Source of the DNA: Novakomyces olei
Lineage: Eukaryota
DNA: 64,000 nt
NCBI GenBank assembly: GCA_016906335.1
Contig: JADEYG010000012.1
Coordinates: 1,302,001 to 1,366,000 of the forward strand
Direction of reading: 5' to 3'
The translations under genes and the position numbers were made by a program. Of this stretch, positions 39,262-49,281 are shown piece after piece; position 1 is the first letter of the stretch; each line of letters begins with the position of its first letter. The notes beneath the pieces were generated by a model, which ran no database searches, had not been told where the DNA came from, and saw nothing but the letters and a program-made list of their open reading frames with translations.

Positions 39262-40435
39262 ATGAGACGGAAAAGCTTGAAGCGGGCCAGAAAAGCCGAA
39301 CATCGAGAGACACTGGATACAGAAGAAACCAAAGCAAAACAAAGCAATGACTTATACTCTACAGGGCAGAACTCGGTTGCTGCTGCATGTTCGTTTAAGC
39401 CTGAATCATTTGCTACTGCGGTAATTGCATGGCTTCGCTCAACAACATCAGAGTCTGTCTCTGTTGTATCTAATTCAGGTGTGACTATTTGCGCAATCCC
39501 AGCAGCCTTTATACAGGACATTGATCATGCTGATTGCCAATATCTAATATTTGTTGTTTCTTCGATTGTGAAGAACAAAGGGACATTAGAATTGAACGGC
39601 GTGAAATGTGGACTTCAGGAAAAATTACAAATCGCGTCTTACACTTATAACATTAAGGGTATCTTCGTTTTACCTTTCATCCCCTTTAATGCTTTAGATG
39701 ACTGCGGTATTCAGCTACACGAAGGCCCAGAGTCCAAAAACCCTGCATTGCCTTTCAAACGGCCCAATATCGACGAATATTCGTCCACATATAGCAAATC
39801 TTCTCGAGATTCTTCTACTCAAGTAAGGTTTCATTTACCTTGATAATGGCAGTGTTCTCCTAATACGTATTTTGCTTAGAACCGATTCCGAAATTTGCTT
39901 GGATATAGAGATGGTGGTTGCCTCATATCGGGCCTTTCCATGATCAAAGACGGATGTGAAGCCTGCCATATTATCCCAAAAAGCAGAGGCAATGAAGTAG
40001 GTTTGGTCTTTCGTAAATCTTCTTTACCATTTATGCTTTAATTCATTTTCTTTAATAAATTGGGGCTTTATGTTTCAGCTTACCGAGTTTCTGTAGCTTC
40101 TTAGGCGACTGTTCCAAGACGCTATCGCATTAATGGTGGATATTGACGACATCCGGAATGGACTCATATTGGAATCTGGACTGCATAAGCAGTTCGACAA
40201 ATACAAAATTGGGATATATTATAGGGTACTCCTAGCAAAATGTTTCTAAATGCTAAATTCTTTGAAGGATGGCGATTACGAGATACATTGTTTTGAGTAT
40301 TTTCCTCAGTATCATGGGCAAAAGTTAAGACTTAATACAAATTACCGTGAATACTGGCCTTGGAAGGAATGCTTAGATTGGCATTACAGGCAATGCGTAA
40401 TGGCGCGACTTCGTGTTCATTCTTCTTTTATTTAG
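39262..40435 (+). CDS. HNH endonuclease family, copy C, divergent and intron-containing; introns 39659-39697 (probable), 39823-39879, 39997-40096, 40226-40267
   Basis: Spliced product reads ...STQ|NRFRNLLGYRDGGCLISG...EACHIIPKSRGNE|LLRR...NGLILESGLHKQFDKYKIGIYYR|DGDYEIHCF...LDWHYRQCVMARLR; exon lengths 117/129/168 keep frame. Start codon uncertain. Confidence 0.8.
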
Positions 40436-40840
40436 CGGGGATACTTGGTATCGCATATGAGGGGTCTACATGAACTTTTGGCATGTCATATTGTGCCATA
40501 CAGCTTGGGAGGGTCTTTCCTCGATAAGGTTACCGGTTATGGCGATGGAGGACGTCAGATCAGCTTATCTAGTGTTAATAATGGCTTAACGCCGAGTAGA
40601 AACTTGCTTTCAGTGTTTGACCGGTACCAATTAAGTATTTGGGTGGAAGATGGGGAGTCTTATGTTCACCCATTTTTCGCTCGCCAGGCCGAGTTTCACG
40701 GGGAGCGGCTTAAATGATTCGAGGATGGGTCTGCCAGCGAAAAGCCTGATCCGCAACTGTTACAATGGCATTACTAGCAATGTGTCATGGCGCGGATTCG
40801 AGGTTTCAAAGTTTCTATGCCGGCTGACGATCCCTCCTAA
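40436..40840 (+). pseudogene. 5'-truncated HNH pseudogene (copy D), closest to copy E
   Basis: LVSHMR..ACHIVPYSLG..NGLT..FD..WHY*QCVMARIRGFKVSM; in-frame stops at 40715 (W to *) and 40775 (Q to *); conserved second His replaced by Leu. Confidence 0.88.
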
Positions 40841-41984
40841 ACCGCGAGTGTTCTACTGAAAGGATCCTATCAGAATGCTTTTTGCAGTCCTACCTCGGTT
40901 TAATTATTTTTTTATACAATGTATTATAATGAGGCGAGAAAATATCACAGGACTTTAATGTTCATATTGATTTTACTTTTTGATGCCCTTCTAAAAGGTT
41001 TCTTATATTTCTTCTTATAGTTCATTTAATCTATTTTGAATATTGCCATATTGTTTTGATTCATAAGGATATTTTCTATCTCTGCAGACTGAATAGTATG
41101 AATTCTGGTTCAAAGCCATAATGAAAATTGTATCTTGGACCATTTGGCTTGGTACCAAGATCTACCTCTACATAGCGTTTAAAAGGGAGAGTAAGTCTGG
41201 GCTGGTAAGACAATTTTTTTTTGAATATTCAAATCATCTCCCGTGAGGCAATACAGTTTCGAACACTAATCTTTGCTTTTTGGTATGGACGTTTTTGTAG
41301 TAAGCTGCTATGCAGAAAGTGAACACTTTTGATATAAAGACTTAAATTTTAGAATAATCTCAATACCTTTTTTGTCACTTTTGTTTCAGGTATTTTAACT
41401 TTATCAAATCCGGATAGTAACCAGGTCCAAAAACAGACATGCTGAAGCGAGAGCATTACAAGCGTGCTCGAAACAACGAAAACTTTCTATAAACTCCAGG
41501 ACAAACTTTTCACATCTCTATACATTATTTCCCTCTATAGACGTATGCATTTGCCTATACATAAATTTACGCGAAACCACAATGGAATCGAACTGGAGCA
41601 TGCAAAATGGCCATTTCGGCTTGAACATCCAGCGGCGAGAACTGGTGGTGGGTTAGTAACCATGGATGAAATGGAGCACACAAAAAAATTTTCAGTGCCA
41701 CTAAACGAGAGCGAAACAAAACCGTTGGAGAAAAACAATATATAATAGGGCATCAAAAAAAATAGTAAAAGAATGAAGAAAATTCAATGCTGCTAAAGCA
41801 CTAGAATCAGAAGCCTATGCCCAGTCCGCTCGCCAGCGCACTTTTTTCATTGTCCGCAAGTGAATGCTCCAAAAACACTTTTTGCAAGTAAAAAAAAATG
41901 TCATGCGTGTATAGAGCTTTCCGCCCAACACCCAGCGGTCGCTTATCAAGCCCATATCGCCCAAATACTCCAGGCAAGCACCTC

Positions 41985-42821
41985 CTAGAATGGAGCACGA
42001 TTAATCATGGAAACCTTAAACCCCCTAAACCGCGCCATTATGCACTGCTGGTAATGCCATCTCAGTAGAACTGGGTCGGGCTTTTCCGTGGCCTGGACAT
42101 CAACAAACCATCTGAGCCGCTTCCCGTGATAACGGATTTGACCACTGAGAAAGGAATGCACATAATATTCGTCTCCTTCGACCCATATGCCAAACTCATA
42201 ACGATCAAAAACAGAGTGTAATCCTTTGCTTAAACACAAGCCATCTTTGACACTGTAGAGGCCTATTCTGGGCCCATTGTTCTCATAGTCGGTCACACGA
42301 TCCAGGAAAGACTGTCCCAGGCTGTAGGGCACGATATGGCAAGCCTCGAGTTCCGAAATATTTCTAATGTGCGAAACCAAGCATCCCCCAGAATCACGGC
42401 CAAAAGTGGCCAAGCGGAACGTCGATTGCCGAGCCGAGCTTCGTGAAGATCTACTCACTGTCGACTGAGAGGGTACGGTCGAAAGGTTCTTTGAGAGCGA
42501 TTTTCCTTGCGGCCCGCTTCGAAATTGCATTTCGCGCGCCACTGGGCGATCTAAAACATACGTCGCAGCTTCAAGCTCATCACTGGGACTGCAGAGTTTG
42601 TTCCTTATGGAGATTTGCAGCTGTTCGCGATCGCCGTCGGTCACGATCACGCTGTCCACAATAAAGTAAAGAAATTGCACAGTTCCGACAGAACTGCAAC
42701 GGGCCTTTTCAATAAATAGAAAAGGCACAGAGGCAAACTCCACTCCATCAGAATCCACCAGCTTGATAGAATTTCCTCCCCATGCCTCTACGCTAGTTTC
42801 ATAGTCAAGCGAATGTGCCAT
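41985..42821 (-). CDS. HNH endonuclease family, copy E, intronless
   Basis: RDSGGCLVS, EACHIVPYSLG, DGLCLSKGLHSVFD, WHYQQCIMARFRG; ATG at 42821. Confidence 0.85.
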   Translation of the reverse strand: MAHSLDYETSVEAWGGNSIKLVDSDGVEFASVPFLFIEKARCSSVGTVQFLYFIVDSVIVTDGDREQLQISIRNKLCSPSDELEAATYVLDRPVAREMQFRSGPQGKSLSKNLSTVPSQSTVSRSSRSSARQSTFRLATFGRDSGGCLVSHIRNISELEACHIVPYSLGQSFLDRVTDYENNGPRIGLYSVKDGLCLSKGLHSVFDRYEFGIWVEGDEYYVHSFLSGQIRYHGKRLRWFVDVQATEKPDPVLLRWHYQQCIMARFRGFKVSMINRAPF

Positions 42822-43858
42822 AGCACATTGGGGAGAGAGGGCACCTGCCGACTCAAAGATACGCACCCATGTATTACTTGTAATATATAAATTATGTACA
42901 CTAAGATTTGGCCCTGATTAGGTTAGGCAGAAATTACAGCTAAATATAAAACTTAATTTGGGAATATGGAGAGACGTAAGAATATATTCCATTCAAGACG
43001 GACGGAATCATGGCAAACCTCCATTTAGGCGCAACATGATGATTTTCTCACAGGTCAAAATGATCTGCAGGTCAAAATGATCTGAATTTAAAAGCAGTTA
43101 CGCGAACTTGGACAGCTATTTGACAGCGTCCGCAAAGAGTGAGGACTGGGGGAAAGACGTACGCGTTTGGTACTAATACATCGGTGCTGGTTGCGACAGT
43201 GTGCTTGCTTTTGTGAACGTGCAGCAAGGTTTTTGGGTGACGTTTTGTTATCAATGGTCTGATTGCGTCTAATCTTGTGGCGATTCGCCAGATAGGTTAT
43301 AAGCTCATATAACGAGAAGTGGAACGATGCACAGGGCCGCCCTATAATTTCAGTACGCACTAAGAATGCGCGCGTTAATCACAGACGCGTAATGTCCAAC
43401 AGCAGCTCTTGCACAATCAGCCGTATGAATGTTCATCTCGGCGGTAATACGGATTGAGATTGCTGGAGGGCCACAGTATTTTGCAGATCAGTTTTCAGTA
43501 TAGTCCACCCGTTCTTTGGCGGATTATAGTGTCAAGTCTGCTAGGTCAAGCTCACGATTTGAAGCGTTAGCTATACATCCACTAGCCGAAATAATTAAGG
43601 ATTAGGTAATCCAGCTTAAATTGAGTTTTGATTATTTTCGTCTCGGATTCTTTTAACAAAGTACTCAATCCTGAGACTCACGGCTCTTGTAAGACTTGGT
43701 GCAGAAGCAAACTTTTGATGCTATTTGCTCCTGGCTGATTGTTTTGAATTTTCAAAGTAGTTTATTATTGCGCTAAAAAACTATGGAAATCTACATAAAA
43801 AAGACCTCAATACTCACCGGCACATCTCATATGACACTGATGAATTAGATTCACCGCG

Positions 43859-44817
43859 TGTCAGTATAAGAGGTGTCGGTCAGAGGGATCTCTAAGGCAC
43901 TGACGTGTCATATGCGCCGGTGGACGTTGTGACTCTATTATTGAACGAATACACACAAGAACGGTGCAAATAGCAATCAGAACAATAAGAGTGGGTCACC
44001 AGCGGTAAGGTCCTGCTGTGAGCACTAGGCCAGCGGTGTCCCTCCAAGATCAACTTTCAAATCCATAGTGCTCCAGCTCAATACAAACAAGATCAAGCCT
44101 GAGAGCACCCCCAGCTGGCTATACAGCACAGAAACTGATGAAGCTCGATCTTGCTGTACAAGCGGAATGGAAATCAGGCCAATTCATGGAAAACCGTGTT
44201 CCAACGCATACAACTGCCAAATACCAAATCAACTAGCCCAAAGCCACCCCTCTATGCCTAGCGGAAATCTGCCCAGTCCTAAAGCCACAGTCGGCGATAG
44301 CGGTAGTCCTTGTCCGGGCCTGAGACATAGAGGGGCCCCGAACGTGCCGTCTCCAAAGTCAATGCAGGGCCAAAAAATCACCGAAAAACCTGGAAAGACT
44401 CCAAAAAAGGGAGAAAAGGCCACGCCGGTATCGAACACCCATTACCGAGCGGAAAACAAGCCCTGAAACCACAGGTTTGAGCGGACAGAGTCCGTACCCC
44501 GGCTAAAGGTGATTTACCAGGTAACAAACAAGTGCGGGAAATAGCGTCCGGACCTCGGGATCCCGAAGGATGGAGAACTGGGGGAGCGAAACCACCTGGC
44601 TTTATACCCTGGGCAAAAGGCCTCTGGCAAATTAGCAATCACAGAAACGTTCTAATGTCCTCAATTATGGTTGCGAAAACGTGTAAAATACTCAAAAAAT
44701 TCGACGACAATCACAGAAACGTTCTAATTCCCTCAATATTTATTCCGAAAAAGTGTAAATTTGCATGAAAGAGTCGCGCAGATCCTGTTTCTGTGTTCAT
44801 ATTTATCTATCCCGACA
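43859..44817 (-). mobile_element. Candidate solo LTR (~960 bp)
   Basis: TGTC...GACA termini; flanks cgcg / cgtg (4-bp TSD with one mismatch); internal direct repeat caatcacagaaacgttctaat x2; minus-strand TATAAA ~44605; GC-richer than flanks; minus-strand start TGTCGGGATA is shared with 59090. Confidence 0.45.
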
Positions 44818-45699
44818 CGTGAAATTGAGGCAGATTATGTTTTCATGACGATTAGCCTGTTTCGGGTTATAAATCAATTTTTGGGCCGTATATGATTGGT
44901 CAGTCTATTGTATTTAGCACGCTTTCGTTCTCTGTGTTCCAAATAAGTAATAGCCCTAATCGCGTTTCCGTGATTTTAATTTCGGCTCGCTTTAATTCAT
45001 ATTAGCAAGTAATACGTTCTAATTAAAATGTTGGTAAATAGCTCATACTTGATTTATTATTGGCATCGAGACATATAAGTAATCCAAAAACATACACAAT
45101 AAACGCGCCTTAAATACTAGAATATTTATGTAACTGAGGGGTAAAGATACTTGAAATTAATAGACATGCTCGATAACGTTTAATAGTTTACGAATCTCCA
45201 CAGCTGTAAATTCGAGCACGCGCAAGCACGCGATTGCAGATTTTATGCGAACTAGAAAAGCTTTAGACTGATTGATTGATGGACTGATTGACTAACTGCG
45301 TTTTGCCTTTGGCCAAATCAAAAATTAAGTTATACTTTAAATTATAACGTGCTTATTTGATTTTTTACCAAGCCCACGTACAACGCTATAACATGTCAGA
45401 AAAATCTCCCGCGGGCTTATCTGACTTCTTATGGGACGCGAACGTAATGGAAATTGACAATAGTAGGCTATTGGAGGATTCTAGGAGATTTTTTTAAAAA
45501 ATATTTTGCATGTAAGCCTCAGGATTTATTGTGTATCGCTCTTAAATTCATATGTCAATGGCTTACTTCGGCTAAGGTTATCCTGGACGATACGCACGAA
45601 TTATCCGTATTTAAAATAATCAAGTGGATCATTTGGAGATTTGATTGATACAGTGAAAAAGAATTTATGAAGTAGTAAATAAAATAGGCTTCATGTGCC

Positions 45700-46560
45700 A
45701 GCCTCGATTTCAAGTTCTTTTGCAGCAATTGCGTCAATTAGAAGATCAGCGAAACATCGGTCAAACACAATTCCGTAAACTATTCTAGCGCCTTCTCAGC
45801 ATTGCCAGACATTGGCCCGTTTTGATATTCGATGTAGGTATTCTGTCGTCACCTCCGTTTATACAAATATCACCGGCGACATTGAGGCACTTCATACTTC
45901 CTCCGTGACCTGGTCTGAGTTCACGGCTCCCGGCGACTGTTCAGATTCCAGACGCAGAGTCCACCTTGCTAGGAGCTCGGAATAGCCATTATTTAATCCT
46001 TCATATTGACTAAAAAGATTTGGGATGTATGTGCATACATCACATGGCGGCTATTTCCCGTATCAAGGTTCCAGGCACCAATGTTTTGCTTGGCGCTATG
46101 CGCATAGGAATCGGGTATCAGATAAGAGTTGCCTTCCTGGTCCCAGCCTCATGAATCAGCCAGTACACCTGAACAGTGGCAGGTCAAAACGACGGGCGCA
46201 AGCCGGCACTCGAACGCAGCCCACTCATACTTATTTCTTTCGTCTAAAGCCACATTCCAGCTAACACGCCATTCCAACAAATAACGCTGTATCAGTCGCG
46301 ACTACCCCTCACTTTGGATATATTTCTTGAGAGCACTTGTCGCGATATCACCGCCACTGCCATTGCCATCTCCATATAACCCCAGCGCTCGTACAGCCCC
46401 TTCATCACCGGCACTGCCAGGTGACAGAGTTGGAATCGCCAGCAGTAGCTGCAATCGTGGAGGCCGCGACTCCGCCAAAAACACATTTCAAAAAGACACA
46501 AAGTCCTAGTCGTGTTGTGCTGAAATACGCAAGTGACAGGATTAAAATTAAAACCCATAC
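45700..46560 (-). pseudogene. Decayed F-box/WD40-repeat gene (Cdc4/Met30-like architecture)
   Basis: Minus-strand pieces: QRYLLEWRVSWN, IGAWNLDTGNSRHVMYAHTSQI, GGLCVWNLNS, GHGGSMKCLNVAGDICINGGDD..NIKTGQCLAML; several stops and frameshifts. Confidence 0.65.
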
Positions 46561-46602
46561 GGAGATCAGTAGGCTAGCTATCAAAAAACTTGAGTAAGTA
46601 AC

Positions 46603-47421
46603 TCATATGTTGAATCCCCGAAATCGTGCCATAAGACATTGATCATAATGCCAGTTGATAAGACGAGAATCGGGCTGGCGCGACTTATCCTCAAAATTTC
46701 TCAAATATGCAAACCTGCCATGAAATTGCTTGGCCTCTCTGCCAAAAGAATGAATAATCAAGCGCTCCCCATACACATAAAAGCCCAGTTTGTATCTATC
46801 ATATAAGCTGTGGATGCGCTTTTCAAGTACAATTCCATCTCGCTCACTGTACAGTGTAACCGATACTCGCTCTCCGGTGATTCTGTCCAAATATTGCTGT
46901 CCCAAGCTATACGGCACAATATGAGCAGCTGTTAATTCATCAGCATCGTATGCACCAGTCACAATGCACATTCCATCCCGAAGGAAAAGTTTCTCACGGA
47001 ATGCAGACTGGCGGCTAGAAGATCTTGAAGACCGGCTGACTGTTGACATGCCATCAGTATCGTGATATTTCTTCGATATTGATTTTCCCTGTGGCCCTGG
47101 GCGAAATTGAAGCAACTCATGTGGTGGTTCTTTCAAAACGTAAGTGGCAGCAATTAAAGACTCTTCCGGCCCTACAGGCCGACCACTTTTCGTGAATAGT
47201 TCAATGTGCGGTGGCAAGTTAGAAACAATCCCCCTGAGAACACGATGCAAATAGGCCACTGTATCGACCGGGTTTGATCCCGTAGTCACGAATGCAAGCG
47301 GTACCGACGCGAACGAAGAACCCCGTGATGTCTCCACATATGCGAAACCTTTATCGGGCCAGAATTCAGAGCTGATGTCGTAATCAATATCTTTGATCCA
47401 TCCTTCTTCCTCTCCTGTCAT
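46603..47421 (-). CDS. HNH endonuclease family, copy F, intronless
   Basis: RDGMCIVTG, AAHIVPYSLG, DGIVLEKRIHSLYD, FHG, INWHYDQCLMARFRG; 272 aa. Confidence 0.87.
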   Translation of the reverse strand: MTGEEEGWIKDIDYDISSEFWPDKGFAYVETSRGSSFASVPLAFVTTGSNPVDTVAYLHRVLRGIVSNLPPHIELFTKSGRPVGPEESLIAATYVLKEPPHELLQFRPGPQGKSISKKYHDTDGMSTVSRSSRSSSRQSAFREKLFLRDGMCIVTGAYDADELTAAHIVPYSLGQQYLDRITGERVSVTLYSERDGIVLEKRIHSLYDRYKLGFYVYGERLIIHSFGREAKQFHGRFAYLRNFEDKSRQPDSRLINWHYDQCLMARFRGFNI

Positions 47422-48440
47422 GTTTGCGAAAAAGACGTCCAGATCGTGGTATCTATTATATAAATCAAATAGTGTATTTATTTATATGCATGTCCGTACG
47501 CAAGGCTAGATATATTAAGACGAAATTATGGCGAAATTCTACATATGTGTAATGTGATTCTTATTATGTGGAAGTTTAGTCAGGGTTTTTGTGTTTCCTT
47601 TACCATAATTTTATATTGGAAAATCATTAATATATGAGAGCGGGGCCAGGGTTAGGGTTATTAAGTCTGAAATAAAGGTAGGGTCAAGCAAAAACGCGTT
47701 TCAGGCGGCGGGAATAACTCTAGCGTTCGCTATTGCTTCAGCTAACGCGACATGGTAAATTATTATTCTTATATTTTCAACACTTTCTTGATATGATACT
47801 TAATAAAAAAATATACGAAGATGCTCGTCAGCCAACCAAAACACAAAGGCATATTGCATAAACATACAAATGTACAAATGTACAATGCCTTTGATTTTTA
47901 CTTGAACTCTTATGCGGAACTGGCAGATTCCAATCGTTGAAATCATTTTGATCGAAATCTATACAATGCACTAATTGAAACAAATACACTTAAACAGTAA
48001 AACAAAGTGTCACGTGACCATGTATTAATTTCGTTTACTTCACAAAGTCAAAACGCGAATTAATAATAAAATGTATGCTAGATGCAATATCATTAATTCG
48101 CTGATAACGCGAATGCGCTTGTTTCTACAACGAACAGCACAACTAAAGGGCACAGAACTATGGGTTTGTATATTGTATAGGATAAAGACTAACAAAAGAT
48201 TGTCGTTGACTTTTGTATGGCTATTTCTTTCCCTGGTTCGAAATTGCCATAGAGTAATAATTGAGTAAATTTAGTGAATTTGTTTCCAATCATTTGCGTT
48301 CGATTATATCATATTATATCATATTATATTACAAAAAAATAGATCTCACAAAGAAGCGACTAGCCAAGGCTAAGAGCACACCAAGTTTTACTCAAAATAC
48401 AAATATATTTTCGCCCAAGCGCCAGGTCAAAATTTTCATT

Positions 48441-49281
48441 ATGGAGGAGCACGAGCTAGACTATCGGACAAGTACAATGGGATGGGGCCCACCAATAGCG
48501 AGAGTACTTGACTCGGAAGGCGTTCAGTTTGTGACTATTCCTCTTGATTTGGTCGGCAAGGCTGGTAGTGAGGGAGTTACGGTGGTGCGTTACGGTGGTG
48601 CGTTACCTCTAGTTTGTGGTAGAAAGCACTATTGAAAACGGTAAGCAAGATATTGAGTTAGTCCGTGCAGGTACAATTTGCAAAAGTACCGATCAATTGC
48701 TTTCGGGGGATACCCTGACACGTCCAAGCGCAGACAATCTCAAGTTTCGGTGTGGCCCACAAGGTAAATCATTATCGCGAAATTTCACGCCTTCAGGGTC
48801 AGATTCAACTGTGAGCCGATCATCTCGAAGCTCCACTCGACAATCGCAGTTTCGCATCGAGACAATCAGTCGCGATTCGGGTTCTTGCTTAATCACAAAA
48901 GAGCGAATGCGTTCGAGGCTTGTTACATGCCACATTGTACCATATAGCCTTGGGCAGTCCTTTCTTAATTCAGTAACTAATTTTGTCAATACTGGCCTAC
49001 AAATTGGCCTGTACGATGTCCATAATGGGCTCACTTTACGCAGGGACCTGCATTTCAATTTTGATCATTATGAAATAGGTATTTGGACGGAGAATGGGGA
49101 GTATTTCGTACACTCTTTTCTCGGAGACGCAGATTACCATGGCAAAAAGCTGATATGGTTCTCTGAGATACCGGAAAGTGAGAAGCCTTTGCCTTTACTG
49201 CTTCAATGGCATTATCAACAGTGTATAATGACGCGCTACCGAGGGTTTAAGGTGTCTATGAGTTTTCATGATGCTCATTAG
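48441..49281 (+). pseudogene. HNH endonuclease family, copy G, full length but inactivated
   Basis: ATG 48441 (MEEHELDYRTS); 13-bp duplication 48576-48601 shifts the frame, plus in-frame TAG at 48610; downstream TCHIVPYSLG..NGLTLRRDLHFNFD..WHYQQC intact. Confidence 0.87.

Noticed and set aside
40715-40777. RIP-like mutation (TGG to TGA, CAG to TAG)
   Set aside because: Too few events; ordinary transitions suffice, and the Copia ORF and paralogs remain intact.
41464-41998. Short ORFs between HNH copies D and E
   Set aside because: No recognisable motif and no homologue beside other HNH copies.
44068-44768. Pro/Gly/Lys-rich ORFs on both strands
   Set aside because: No motifs, non-ATG starts, and within a candidate solo LTR; likely spurious.
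29428-49281. HNH genes as parts of group I introns, inteins or TIR DNA transposons
   Set aside because: No host gene is interrupted, and I saw no shared terminal repeats or TSDs around the copies by eye.
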